DNA of 40,392 nt from positions 1 to 40,392 of IMG/VR virus record IMGVR_UViG_3300031953_000049. One strand, given 5' to 3'. The DNA comes from a virus. Taxonomy: Duplodnaviria; Caudoviricetes. Shown piece by piece: positions 7,988 through 17,221 of this stretch (the first letter of the stretch is position 1; every line of letters starts with the position of its first letter). The notes beneath the pieces were generated by a model. It made no database searches, was not told the DNA's origin, and saw nothing but the letters and a program-made list of their open reading frames with translations. The translations under genes and the position numbers were made by a program.

Positions 7988-9856
7988 ATGCAACTACTTA
8001 TCAGCGATGATCTAGCTGAGGTACAGGCTTATCTAGCCCAGTCCAAGGCACCACTCATCTTTGACATCGAGACCACAGCACTGACTGTCGGCAAGGGTCA
8101 GATTCTCTGTGTAGCCTTCGCTCCCTACGATCGTGACGATGTGATGGTCTGGTGGCCTAGCAGTCCGGCCGAACTCGGCAAGCTCCGCATCCGTAATGGC
8201 GTAGCCCACAACTCTCCGTTTGACAAGAGGTGGCTCCTTAGCTATGGTGCTCAGGTGCGAATCACGTGGGACACGATGTTCATGGCTCACCTGCTTGATG
8301 AGAATCATCCGGTAGGACTGAAGGACCTAGGGCAACGGCTCCTCGGCTATACCGACTGGGCTGACGACAACGTGAAGAACCTTGGTGAAGAGTTCGGCCA
8401 GATGTGGGAAGATCGCAAGAGCATCTCACGCAAGGCGTGGGAAGCCAGCAAGCAACGCGTCAGCATCTATGCAGCCAAGGACGGCCACATCACGCGGGAG
8501 CTTCTAAAGTGGCAGCGCCGACACGTCAAGAAGAATCTCAAGCCCTTCGAGAATCCAGTCAGGGTGATGCGCGAAGTGATGCTGCCTGCCAGCCCTGCAC
8601 TCCTGCAGATGGAAGACACGTGGCTACCAGTACGACTAGGTCTGGTGGCTAAGACGCAAGCCAAGGTTGAAGACCAGATAGCAGCCATCGAGAACAAGCT
8701 TGACTCCAGCATCCCAGACATCGAAGACTGGCCGGAGTGGTTGAAGAAGACGAAACCTAAGTGGGGAAACACTAACTGGACTAAGTGGTGGCTCTACGTC
8801 TATCAAGGAGCTCTCTGTCCACGTCGCACCAAGCCGACAAAGACATGGCCCGAAGGAAACCCTGGGATGTCCCAAGAGGACCTAGCCAAGATTGACCATC
8901 CGGCTGCACGCCTGCTGTCCCAGCGCAGCACGCTCTACAAGCAGCTAACAGGGTTTCTCAATCCCATCATGGATCGCACGGTGGATGGCCGCATACCAAC
9001 AAGCTTCAGTCTCACCGGGACTGTTACAGGGAGACTCAGCAGTAGTAGCCCTAGCAAGGAGACACCGGGGCTGAACTCGCAGCAGATACCCCGGGACAGG
9101 GCAACCAGAAATCTGTTCGGTGAACCCGGTAAGGCGTGGATTGAGGTTGACTTCAGCCAGCTGGAGCTTCGTGTGGCCGCTGTGATGGCTAACGAGCCAA
9201 CCATGCTGGAACTCTTTAGAAACGATGAGGACATCCACACCTACATAGCCCAGAGGCTGGTTCGTGGTAGTGAGGTCACCAAGCAGCACAGGACTCTCGC
9301 TAAGGGCGTCAACTTCGGCTTCCTCTACGGTATGATGGCTAAACACTTCGCCGACTATGTGCGAGAGAGCTACGGCGTCATCATTACTCGCAAGGAAGCT
9401 GAGGTGTTCCGTGATGAGTACTTCACCACCTTCGGTGGACTGCCCGAGTGGTATCGCAAGCAGCGTCGTGAAGCTATTGAGTTCGGTGGCGTGCACAACG
9501 AGTTCGGCAGGTTCAGGCACTTGCCTCGGGTGTACCACGAAGACTTCTGGGTACAGGAGAACGCATTCAGGCAGGCTATCAACTCGCCTGTGCAGTCTAC
9601 AGGTAGCGACTTCATGCTGATCAGTTTAGGTCGGCTCGCAACTGACTTGCGTCTCCCAGAGCTGGGAGCTAAGCTGGTCACCACTGTCCATGACTCCGTG
9701 TGCTTGACTGCCCCATACAAGACAGCGCGTAGAGTAGGACGAATCGTAAAAGAGACAATGGAGCAAGCTGATGACACCTTGGATAGAAAGTTCTTTCTCA
9801 AAGCAGACGTCACGATCTCACGATGCTGGGGAGGTGAACCCCTTGCCGAATTCTAA
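7988..9856 (+). CDS. DNA polymerase, family A (3'-5' exonuclease plus polymerase domains)
   Basis: Exo I FDIETT, TGRLSS, motif A DFSQLELR, motif B RTLAKGVNFGFLYG, motif C VHDS; ATG 7988 follows AGGAG, whereas the longer ORF-track start lies inside the tRNA. Confidence 0.95.
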   Translation: MQLLISDDLAEVQAYLAQSKAPLIFDIETTALTVGKGQILCVAFAPYDRDDVMVWWPSSPAELGKLRIRNGVAHNSPFDKRWLLSYGAQVRITWDTMFMAHLLDENHPVGLKDLGQRLLGYTDWADDNVKNLGEEFGQMWEDRKSISRKAWEASKQRVSIYAAKDGHITRELLKWQRRHVKKNLKPFENPVRVMREVMLPASPALLQMEDTWLPVRLGLVAKTQAKVEDQIAAIENKLDSSIPDIEDWPEWLKKTKPKWGNTNWTKWWLYVYQGALCPRRTKPTKTWPEGNPGMSQEDLAKIDHPAARLLSQRSTLYKQLTGFLNPIMDRTVDGRIPTSFSLTGTVTGRLSSSSPSKETPGLNSQQIPRDRATRNLFGEPGKAWIEVDFSQLELRVAAVMANEPTMLELFRNDEDIHTYIAQRLVRGSEVTKQHRTLAKGVNFGFLYGMMAKHFADYVRESYGVIITRKEAEVFRDEYFTTFGGLPEWYRKQRREAIEFGGVHNEFGRFRHLPRVYHEDFWVQENAFRQAINSPVQSTGSDFMLISLGRLATDLRLPELGAKLVTTVHDSVCLTAPYKTARRVGRIVKETMEQADDTLDRKFFLKADVTISRCWGGEPLAEF

Positions 9857-10001
9857 GAGATGTGGTCACACGTACTACCTTGAAGGATCTACGGTTCCTG
9901 ACAGGATCTTGCAGTGCTGGAAACGTAATGGTACTCACGACATCCATCGCACCCTGTGCATGTCGTGGGACTCATCAGAAACATGGAGGATAGTCAAGTG
10001 A
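9843..10001 (+). CDS. Small Cys/His-containing hypothetical protein
   Basis: TTG start 8 nt after GGAGG; fills the gap between polymerase and nuclease; stop overlaps the next GTG. Confidence 0.5.
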   Translation: MPNSKRCGHTYYLEGSTVPDRILQCWKRNGTHDIHRTLCMSWDSSETWRIVK

Positions 10002-11167
10002 CTGCCAAGGCACTACCATCCACAGGCAAGAAGCCCGGGAGCAAGGCGTGGCACGGAGCTCGTGGCACGTGGCCCACAACTGAGGATGGCAAGCTGATCA
10101 TCACTCAGAGCATGGTGAGCGGCTTCGTAGCCTGTCCCAGGGAAACTTACTACGGCATCATCCTAGGACTCCGTCCACGTCTTCAGAGCAAGCCTCTGAC
10201 TCGTGGCACGTGGATTCATAGCCTGCTGGAGGAACGTGCTCAGGGTGGCAACTGGAAGAAGCTGCACAAGGAGTTGACAGCCAAGGCTGAAGCTGAAACG
10301 TTCGAAGAGGAGACAGCTGGCCTTGCTCTCGAGTGCTACAACATTGTCCTCAGTTACGACTGGGTCCACCGTAATGACGTCCTGACTCCCATTGCAGTAG
10401 AGCTGACGGTAGAGCGTCCCATGTTCAAAGGGAAGGTGCTGTACCGTGGCCGCATTGACATCATCTGGTTGGATGAAGAGGGCAACGTGTGGCTCGGCGA
10501 CCACAAGACTCACGCCACACTGCCGGACTGGAGATACCGTGAACTCGCCTTCCAGCATTACTCCTATCTCTGGGCAGTGGCTAACTCTCCTCAGTACAAG
10601 GCGCTCCGGTACAAGGGCAAGCCTCTACCACAGCCGAAGGGCTTCATCTATGACTACTGCAGAACCAGCGCCATTCACACGCCTACGCTGACACAGAAGG
10701 GCAAGATAAGCCGAGTGCTGAAGCCCAGTGGCACGACGCTCCCAGTGTTCAAGGAGTGGCTCATCAAGAACAACATGGCAACCATTATCAACAGGAAGTT
10801 CCTGCTGGCTATCGAAGACGCTGGTGAGCGTGCCTATGTAGAAGAGTTCCTGGTGGCCCTTATGCACCGAGACTACTCCACGGAGTTTAGGCGTGACCGA
10901 CTTACCTTCAGCCCAGAACAGGCTGAACGACAGCGCAAGGCGTTCGTCACGAGTTCTCGTCGCCTGCTACAGTACAAGTGGGACGACCCAGATTGTGTGG
11001 AACGGAACACCAGTGCGTGCTCGGGCTACATGTGCAACTACAAGGACCTCACAGTAGCTGACTTGATGCACGGCAACTCGGACATTGAACAGCGCACACG
11101 CTACGTCACAACACGTGACCCACTTGACTACTACCCAAATCAGAGCAAGAAGAAGGGCAAGAAATGA
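9998..11167 (+). CDS. Cas4/RecB-like PD-(D/E)xK exonuclease
   Basis: CPRETYY, RGTWIHSLLE, E...GRIDII...DHKT, Q..SY, C-terminal Cys cluster; GTG 9998 behind GGAGGA. Confidence 0.88.
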   Translation: MTAKALPSTGKKPGSKAWHGARGTWPTTEDGKLIITQSMVSGFVACPRETYYGIILGLRPRLQSKPLTRGTWIHSLLEERAQGGNWKKLHKELTAKAEAETFEEETAGLALECYNIVLSYDWVHRNDVLTPIAVELTVERPMFKGKVLYRGRIDIIWLDEEGNVWLGDHKTHATLPDWRYRELAFQHYSYLWAVANSPQYKALRYKGKPLPQPKGFIYDYCRTSAIHTPTLTQKGKISRVLKPSGTTLPVFKEWLIKNNMATIINRKFLLAIEDAGERAYVEEFLVALMHRDYSTEFRRDRLTFSPEQAERQRKAFVTSSRRLLQYKWDDPDCVERNTSACSGYMCNYKDLTVADLMHGNSDIEQRTRYVTTRDPLDYYPNQSKKKGKK

Positions 11168-11829
11168 TCTACACCATCTACAGCAGGCCGAAGGTCGGCA
11201 AGACGACACTAGCCCTGAAGGATGCCCCGAAAGGCAAGACGGCCATCCTCAGCGCTGATCAAGGTCTCACTGGTATTGACACCACGGGCATCACGGTGGA
11301 AGAGGACATGTCTGCTAAGAACTTGTCCAAGCTCATGAACGGTTCTTTCATCAAGAGCCACGATCGCATCGTACTGGACACGGCCACATCACTCCACGCC
11401 ACGATGCTGTTCGAGATGACCAAGGGTGGAGGAGCAACTCAGTCCCAATACGGCATAGCGAACTCGGCACTGCTGGCACTGGTACGCACACTCCGCGATG
11501 AGAAGCAGAAGGAATGCATCATCCTGGCTCAGGAGAAACTGATACTCCCTAATGAAGACTGGATCAGTGAGGACGACGATGAGGACACCGGGGTAATGAC
11601 CACAGTTGATCTATCCCCCGGCTCTGCCAGTGGCGTCATGCAGATGTCAGATGTCATCGGCAGGCTGTACATCGCACACGTCAACGGGAAAGTCGTTCGC
11701 AGGCTCTGGCTAGGTCCGTCCGCCTCAATTGTGGCTGGTGCGCGGAGCAGGGTGTACACTGGCACTCCCCCATATCTCAAGACGCCTACAATAGGCAAGT
11801 TGAACACACTTCTCGGCTGGACCCGCTAG
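11164..11829 (+). CDS. AAA ATPase (Sak4/AAA_24-like)
   Basis: YSRPKVGKTT Walker A, IVLDT Walker B; lies between the exonuclease and the SSB-like gene. Confidence 0.8.
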   Translation: MIYTIYSRPKVGKTTLALKDAPKGKTAILSADQGLTGIDTTGITVEEDMSAKNLSKLMNGSFIKSHDRIVLDTATSLHATMLFEMTKGGGATQSQYGIANSALLALVRTLRDEKQKECIILAQEKLILPNEDWISEDDDEDTGVMTTVDLSPGSASGVMQMSDVIGRLYIAHVNGKVVRRLWLGPSASIVAGARSRVYTGTPPYLKTPTIGKLNTLLGWTR

Positions 11830-11863
11830 TCGAGAATTCACAAGAAAACAAGAAGGATATCTC

Positions 11864-12703
11864 ATGGCAAAGAAGATCAGACTCGACTTCAGCAAGACTG
11901 AAGAACGCTCGGGTTGGAACACACGCAGCATCCCTGAGGGGCTGCACAAGGCAAAGATCGTTTCGGTGCAGGAAACTGAAGCCGGCGATGGAACTGCAAT
12001 GCTCGTCTACGCGCTGGCTCCTACAGACTCACGCTACAAGTCGCGCCTCTTCCCGTTCTACTGCAAGCTCCAGCAGAACCAGTACTGGAAGCTCCGTGAC
12101 CTCGCGGTAGCTGCTGGCATGACCATCCCTAAGAAGGCGGTCAACTTCGATCCTGACGCCCCTGTCGGCAAGACCATTGCCATCGAGGTTGAGGACGAGA
12201 CCGGGCAGTACGCAGGTCGCAGTCAGGTTCAGGCAACCTACGGTCTGGACATCCTCGACGAAGACGGCGACGCTGCCAACGACGACTCAGATGATGAGGA
12301 GTACGAGGACGAAGAAGACGAGGCTGAGGAAGCTGACGACGAAGAAGAGTACGAAGACGAAGAGGATGAGGAGGATGACGAGGAAGAGGAAGAAGACCTC
12401 AGCACTCTCACCATCACCGAACTTCGCAAGCGTGCCAAGGAACTCGGCATCGACCACTCCGGCGTCAAGAAGGCCGACCTGATTGACCTTATCCTCGAAG
12501 AGGAAGAGGCCGAAGAGGAGGACGAAGACGAGCTTGACGACGATGACCTTGAAGATGAGGACCTCGAAGACGAAGAGTTCGAAGACGATGAAGAAGACGA
12601 AGAGGAAGAGCCTGAGCCTGCTCCTCGCCGTCGTGCTGCATCGGCTAAGGCGAAGGCACCTGCCAAGGCTGCCACAGCTAAGCGCACCGTCAAGCGTCGC
12701 TAA
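11864..12703 (+). CDS. SSB-like (DUF669-like) protein with acidic tracts and a small HeH/Rho-N-like domain
   Basis: IPEGLHKAKIVSV N-terminal pattern; long D/E tracts; LTITELRKRAKELGI..KKADLIDLI; basic tail. Confidence 0.65.
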   Translation: MAKKIRLDFSKTEERSGWNTRSIPEGLHKAKIVSVQETEAGDGTAMLVYALAPTDSRYKSRLFPFYCKLQQNQYWKLRDLAVAAGMTIPKKAVNFDPDAPVGKTIAIEVEDETGQYAGRSQVQATYGLDILDEDGDAANDDSDDEEYEDEEDEAEEADDEEEYEDEEDEEDDEEEEEDLSTLTITELRKRAKELGIDHSGVKKADLIDLILEEEEAEEEDEDELDDDDLEDEDLEDEEFEDDEEDEEEEPEPAPRRRAASAKAKAPAKAATAKRTVKRR

Positions 12704-12705
12704 CC

Positions 12706-12999
12706 ATGGATGAAGCGGAGGTCGTACGCCGGATGCTGGCAACGCTCAACAAGTTGCCTGAGGTGTACGCCCTCCGCACTCATGGAGGTTCCTTTCAGCA
12801 GAAAGGTACTCCCGATATTCTCGGCTGTGCCTACGGCAGGTTCTTCGCTATAGAAGCTAAGAAGTCTGCCCGGGAGAAACCGACTGAAGCGCAGAAGTAC
12901 ACACTCAGGAAGTTCCAACAGGCAGGCGGAGCAACATTCGTCAGCCATGATCCCAAGGCTCAGGAAGTAGTAGAGTGGATATCAACCCTCTCGACATAG
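12706..12999 (+). CDS. VRR-Nuc domain nuclease / resolvase
   Basis: E.EV, GTPDIL, FFAIEAK, PTEAQ motifs. Confidence 0.88.
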   Translation: MDEAEVVRRMLATLNKLPEVYALRTHGGSFQQKGTPDILGCAYGRFFAIEAKKSAREKPTEAQKYTLRKFQQAGGATFVSHDPKAQEVVEWISTLST

Positions 13000-14639
13000 T
13001 TCGTAAGGTATGGCAGCATTCAGGTGTAGCCGGAAGCGTGTGGGTTCCCCACATCTACAAGATAGGACAGCCTGACCACGAGAAGTTTCGTGAAGGTGCA
13101 GTAGTCAATGCACGCAAGCCAGTCTTCCCAGACATGCGAGATAGTGTGGACTGGTATTGGACACCAGCAGTAAGCAGCAGCGACAGTCGTCGTGCCAAGG
13201 AGTATCCTGCTCAGCGTGCAGTGTGGGTAGACTGCGACGAGTCGTATGACCGTAAACTGCTGGAGTCATTGAAGCCCTCCTACATGTGGGAAACTAGCCC
13301 CGGACACCTCCAAGCCATCTGGCTGCTGAAAGCCCCGATAGCCAGCAACGAGTTCCACCGTGATGGCTTCATCGGCATGCTGACGCAAGCGCTAGGCGCT
13401 GATAAATCAGGTGTTGATATAGGGCAGCTGCTTAGGGTTCCAGGCAGCACACATCACAAGAAGAAACCGTTCAAGGGTGTCGTTCACGCCTCAGGTGGTC
13501 GCGTGTGGACACAGGGGCAGCTTCTCCAACGTGTGGCCCGAGGTCTAGGGTTCTCCGCAGGGCTGGCCTCTGAGCTAGGTGCCGAGGACCCATACGGAGA
13601 TCGCTCTAAGCTGCTATGGAAGTTCAGCCGAAACGCTGCTGAGCTAGGGCTGGCACAAGATCTCACGTTCAAGCTTATCAAGGCTACCGCCTGGAACAAG
13701 TGGAAGGACGAGCCTGACCGTCTCAGAGAAGACATTGCGAATGCTTATGCTCAGCAGCCAGCCACACCTAAAGACCCAGAGCGTCAGCAGGCCTCTGAGC
13801 TACATGATGCCCACGAAGATGAGGACGCCCCGGTAGAAGCATGGGGGATGGCAACGGTAGAGCAGTTCGGGCAGATAATCCGGAAGCCTATTTCGTGGGT
13901 CGTTCCCGGCATTATTCCGGAAGCTGGCTGTGGTCTTCTGGTGTCAGCTCCTAAGGTTGGCAAGACCCGTATCGCCATTGAAATCGCGCTAGGGCTGGCT
14001 ACTGGTAGAAAGCCACTAGGCATCCAGCTGAGCCGTCCTAAGGCAGTAGGATTCTTCTCCCTGGAGGACGGCGAGTACCTGTTCTCCAGTCGCCTCAATG
14101 ACGGACTCAATAAGTCCCAGGGCCGACAGAAGTATCACTGGGACGGCCACATCAAGCGCAGCGACAAGGGTCTCACGTGGGAGCCACCTATCCCAATGAA
14201 CCTGTTCACTAACTTCGCACAGATAGACTTGTCTGAGGATGAGGACAAGCAGCGCCTCTATGAGACCATCGAGAAGTATGAACTGAAGCTGGTAATCATT
14301 GACACGCTGTCCATGGCAGTGGGCAAGTCAAACGTGTCCGACTCCAAAGACATGTACGCCATCCTGAAGGACCTCAAGACCATTGCCAAGGCTACCGGAT
14401 GCGCCATCATGTTTATCCACCACACTCGCAAGCGTGTCTTCGAGAAAGGTGAGACTATCCAGGAGGCCATCCTAGGCAGCACGGCTCTCCACGCTTGGTC
14501 AGACTTCATCATGAACTTAGTGCCTCCCACTGAAGACAGCGACCTGCTCAGGCTTGGTGTTCAGACCAAGATGGGGAACAACGTGCACTTCATTGACAGC
14601 AACCTGAAGATCATAAAGCAGCCACCAGTCGAAGAATAG
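12975..14639 (+). CDS. Primase (RepB-like) fused to a RecA-like AAA_25 helicase
   Basis: VWVDCD, WETSPGHLQAIW, LLRVPGS primase motifs; SAPKVGKT, SLED, IIDTL, IHHTRK, GSTAL helicase motifs. Confidence 0.85.
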   Translation: MDINPLDIVRKVWQHSGVAGSVWVPHIYKIGQPDHEKFREGAVVNARKPVFPDMRDSVDWYWTPAVSSSDSRRAKEYPAQRAVWVDCDESYDRKLLESLKPSYMWETSPGHLQAIWLLKAPIASNEFHRDGFIGMLTQALGADKSGVDIGQLLRVPGSTHHKKKPFKGVVHASGGRVWTQGQLLQRVARGLGFSAGLASELGAEDPYGDRSKLLWKFSRNAAELGLAQDLTFKLIKATAWNKWKDEPDRLREDIANAYAQQPATPKDPERQQASELHDAHEDEDAPVEAWGMATVEQFGQIIRKPISWVVPGIIPEAGCGLLVSAPKVGKTRIAIEIALGLATGRKPLGIQLSRPKAVGFFSLEDGEYLFSSRLNDGLNKSQGRQKYHWDGHIKRSDKGLTWEPPIPMNLFTNFAQIDLSEDEDKQRLYETIEKYELKLVIIDTLSMAVGKSNVSDSKDMYAILKDLKTIAKATGCAIMFIHHTRKRVFEKGETIQEAILGSTALHAWSDFIMNLVPPTEDSDLLRLGVQTKMGNNVHFIDSNLKIIKQPPVEE

Positions 14640-14679
14640 TTGCACAGTTCCTGAAGTATGTGCTATGATGATTATATCA
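14640..14679 (+). promoter_or_regulatory. Early-type promoter with palindromic box
   Basis: TTGCAC-18 nt-TATGAT followed by GATTATATCAAG. Confidence 0.75.
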
Positions 14680-14705
14680 AGTCAACCACTACCAAGGAGC
14701 ACACC

Positions 14706-14825
14706 ATGATCTACACTGACCGTCACAATGGACGTAAGTACAAGGTTCTCCGTGTCGCCGACCTGAACGGTCGCTTCCTTGACAAGAACCTCCAGCGGTA
14801 CGAGATCAAGAAGGTGTACATCTAA
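14706..14825 (+). CDS. Small basic hypothetical protein (39 aa, not in ORF track)
   Basis: AAGGAG RBS and own promoter; MIYTDRHNGRKYKVLRVADLNGRFLDKNLQRYEIKKVYI. Confidence 0.75.
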   Translation: MIYTDRHNGRKYKVLRVADLNGRFLDKNLQRYEIKKVYI

Positions 14826-14944
14826 TGAAGTGCCCTTACTGCCACGGCCGAGGGCTAGTGGCGTACGACACTGACGACATAGGTGAAGACGAGGTTGAAA
14901 CCTGCCGGGAGTGTGACGGTACAGGTCGGCAGGAAGACCGCTAG
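14825..14944 (+). CDS. Mini DnaJ-type zinc-finger protein (39 aa, not in ORF track)
   Basis: TAATG coupling; CPYCHGRG and CRECDGTG are two CxxCxGxG motifs. Confidence 0.75.
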   Translation: MKCPYCHGRGLVAYDTDDIGEDEVETCRECDGTGRQEDR

Positions 14945-14978
14945 GCAGCTGTCCCTCCATTAGGGGGCTAGGCTGCCT
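14943..14978 (+). terminator. Hairpin ending the rightward transcription unit
   Basis: AGGCAGC...CCCT-CCATT-AGGG...GCTGCCT imperfect stem at the convergence of the two genome halves. Confidence 0.45.
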
Positions 14979-15031
14979 TGCTGTGTCTCTGAGGCCTCTC
15001 TCAGAGCGTCTCTAGGACGGTATAACGCAGA

Positions 15032-15060
15032 ACGCCCCCTGCCGTATTAGCAAGGGGCGT
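15032..15060 (-). terminator. Terminator of the late/lysis operon
   Basis: On - strand ACGCCCCTTGC-TAATACG-GCAGGGGGCGT followed by TCTGCGTTAT. Confidence 0.6.
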
Positions 15061-15074
15061 CTGGGATGCTTCAG

Positions 15075-15164
15075 TTATTGACAACTGTCACACTGGAGGT
15101 CATCCATTGGATCAGTGGGAACAGGATACTCTTCATACCCCATCCCCGGGAGTTGTGTGGTCAT
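15075..15164 (-). CDS. 29-aa microprotein with C-terminal CxxC (not in ORF track)
   Basis: TGATG coupling to the holin stop; MTTQLPGMGYEEYPVPTDPMDDLQCDSCQ. Confidence 0.6.
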   Translation of the reverse strand: MTTQLPGMGYEEYPVPTDPMDDLQCDSCQ

Positions 15165-15466
15165 CACTCATTGCCCTCCGGCTTCCTGTTGTTGACGATG
15201 GCAGTAGCGCCACCGTTCTCATCTGATGTCAGGTTGTTCACTGTCGCCGTCGCGCTACCTGAGCCAGCTGGCTTCCTGTTGCTGATCACAGCTACAGCGC
15301 CACCAGTACCAAGAGCAGCCACCACGATGGCGACCCATTCCTGACCAGACACCACACCGTCGGCCAGCGCAGCGCCTAGCACTACTAGCGCTGGAACCAG
15401 GACAGCTGCGATAGCCTTCCGGTATTCAGCAATCTTCTGTGAGATTGTCATTGTCATTTCACTCAC
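15164..15466 (-). CDS. Holin-like membrane protein
   Basis: Two hydrophobic helices (KAIAAVLVPALVVLGAAL; EWVAIVVAALGTGGAVAVI) in the lysis cassette. Confidence 0.75.
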   Translation of the reverse strand: MSEMTMTISQKIAEYRKAIAAVLVPALVVLGAALADGVVSGQEWVAIVVAALGTGGAVAVISNRKPAGSGSATATVNNLTSDENGGATAIVNNRKPEGNE

Positions 15467-15779
15467 CTTCCGGGTGATGTTTATTTACCTTATTTTCCAC
15501 AACAACCATTCGGTCGAATGTGGCCTTAGTCCCACGCTCAATGCGATCTAGCGTGTTACGTGTCCTACGTTGTTCTTCAGGCAGCGCCACTACAGCGTTG
15601 ACCCCTTCTACTATGCCCGAGATAACGGGCCACCCTTTCACCAGAGCACCGACAAGAGCTCCGATCAGGATCACCCAGAACACTATCTGCAGCAGGTTGG
15701 TTTCCATAAGCATGGCTCTTATCCACTCCTCGTATGATGGCGATTGAGTAGCTGTCACAGCCATGATTAGAAAGATCAA
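15459..15779 (-). CDS. Membrane protein of the lysis cassette
   Basis: TTG start overlapping the endolysin TGA with GGAGG RBS (alternative ATG 15764); one TM helix then a coiled-coil-like segment. Confidence 0.7.
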   Translation of the reverse strand: MIFLIMAVTATQSPSYEEWIRAMLMETNLLQIVFWVILIGALVGALVKGWPVISGIVEGVNAVVALPEEQRRTRNTLDRIERGTKATFDRMVVVENKVNKHHPEGE

Positions 15780-16804
15780 GACGTGCCTCCCCACAATGCA
15801 GCGATCACTGAAGCGATGATGGTGATCAGTGCAGCTAGTCCGACCCACGGACCGGGAGGTGGCACCTCCGGTTCCTTCACCGTGTCCGCTGGCTCCGGCT
15901 CAGGTACTGGCTTCACTGGATCTGGTTCAACTGGCACCGGCTCCGGTTCCGGCTCCGGTTCAGGTTCTACCGGCTCAGGAACAGGGTCAGGCTCAACAGG
16001 CTCAGGCGTCGGCTCAGGCTCAGGAACAGGTTCCGGGGCAGGCTCTGGCTCTGGTGTGGGTTCCGGCCCTGGGACAGGCTCAGGGACAGGAACTGGCACG
16101 GGAACAACAGGGTCAGGCTTGAGTTCATCTGTCATGTTCCTGAGACCGTCAGCGTTACGCGGCTCCAGGAATGAAGAGCAGTGAACTACATGCTTATCCT
16201 TCATCACGTACCACAGGTTTAGACCACCGATTCGCTGACCGTTAGCATACCCGATCATCGTGTAGATGGTGTCAGGCTTCAGCACTGATGTGATCTTAGC
16301 CTTGGTGCTAGTAGTGGCACGCACGTTAGCGAAGGTGTTCGCCGTCTTGCGCTGATCCTTGAACATCCCGGCAGGCGCGAGAGTAGTGATGTCAACTGTG
16401 TTGCCACCATTAGTCTTGGACCAGCCCAGGAACGGAAGCTTAGCTGACGACTGGAAGCTGCTAAAGCTGCCATAGCCAGCATTCCGTGACACTCCACCGA
16501 AGCGGGTCGTAACGTGACGAGAGCCACGCATCCACAGATTACCTCCAATATAGATAGCCACATCATCATCTGGCTCCCAGTACCACCAGCCGAACGCACC
16601 GATGGGGATGTTGGTCATGTCCTTGCTCAGTGGTCCAGAAGCCAGCCGAGCAGCACGCGCTGACCGATAGTCACGCTTCCAGTCACCTGAGAACTTGCAG
16701 CACCGGGCGACGAACGCTTGGCACCACATGTTCCACTCTTCAACTCCGCCTCCCGACGGGTTATACTTCTCGAAGAAGTTGTCAAACTCTTCTATGGTAG
16801 CCAT
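15776..16804 (-). CDS. Endolysin: CHAP/NlpC-like domain, SH3b-like domain, Pro/Glu linker, C-terminal TM helix
   Basis: WCQAFV..SARAA..PIGA..VAIYIG peptidase pattern; [14 protein letters not shown]3b pattern; located after tail genes and before holin; GGAGG RBS. Confidence 0.75.
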   Translation of the reverse strand: MATIEEFDNFFEKYNPSGGGVEEWNMWCQAFVARCCKFSGDWKRDYRSARAARLASGPLSKDMTNIPIGAFGWWYWEPDDDVAIYIGGNLWMRGSRHVTTRFGGVSRNAGYGSFSSFQSSAKLPFLGWSKTNGGNTVDITTLAPAGMFKDQRKTANTFANVRATTSTKAKITSVLKPDTIYTMIGYANGQRIGGLNLWYVMKDKHVVHCSSFLEPRNADGLRNMTDELKPDPVVPVPVPVPEPVPGPEPTPEPEPAPEPVPEPEPTPEPVEPDPVPEPVEPEPEPEPEPVPVEPDPVKPVPEPEPADTVKEPEVPPPGPWVGLAALITIIASVIAALWGGTS

Positions 16805-16917
16805 TATTTATCACCTCCGTTAGGTGTGTAGGGACCGTCAATCTCTGGGTCATAGTAGGCACTGGCATCTGGCTGTTCAGGCTCTACAGGCTCAGTGGGT
16901 TCAGTTGATTTCTCCAT
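16804..16917 (-). CDS. Small acidic Pro-rich protein (37 aa, not in ORF track)
   Basis: AAGGAG RBS; TAATG coupling to the endolysin; [37 protein letters not shown]. Confidence 0.65.
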   Translation of the reverse strand: MEKSTEPTEPVEPEQPDASAYYDPEIDGPYTPNGGDK

Positions 16918-16930
16918 GCTGTTCTCCTTG

Positions 16931-17221
16931 TTATTGCAGGCCCACGATGAGCCGTGCATTTTCGTCAGATACACCTAATCCAACGAGCTGATCAAGTGCT
17001 GCTGTCTTAGCTGTAATGACCAGTGGATCTTCTATAGGAACTTCTAAATCAACGGGAGTTGGTGACACCCAGACACCCGCTATCAGTGTCCATCCTGGGC
17101 TCACATCTTCAGGAACCTTAACCAGAACACAGCCATCAGGCACTTCAAACTCTTGGTCACTATCCCAGAGAATAATATTCACTGCCAGTGCTCCATCTAC
17201 AAGCGCGAAACGCTCAATCAT
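16931..17221 (-). CDS. Hypothetical protein (tail-fibre associated)
   Basis: Coupled to the Gly-rich tail gene; V.PGW motif. Confidence 0.65.
   Translation of the reverse strand: MIERFALVDGALAVNIILWDSDQEFEVPDGCVLVKVPEDVSPGWTLIAGVWVSPTPVDLEVPIEDPLVITAKTAALDQLVGLGVSDENARLIVGLQ

Noticed and set aside
9998-11167. Cas4-like gene as evidence of a CRISPR system
   Set aside because: Stand-alone Cas4-like exonucleases are ordinary phage recombination genes, and this one sits with the ATPase and SSB-like genes
12238-12742. Poly-Ser and Phe/Val-rich ORFs on the - strand
   Set aside because: Antisense shadows of the D/E-rich tract
15783-16184. Gly-Ser-Thr repeat ORF on the + strand
   Set aside because: Antisense shadow of the endolysin Pro/Glu linker
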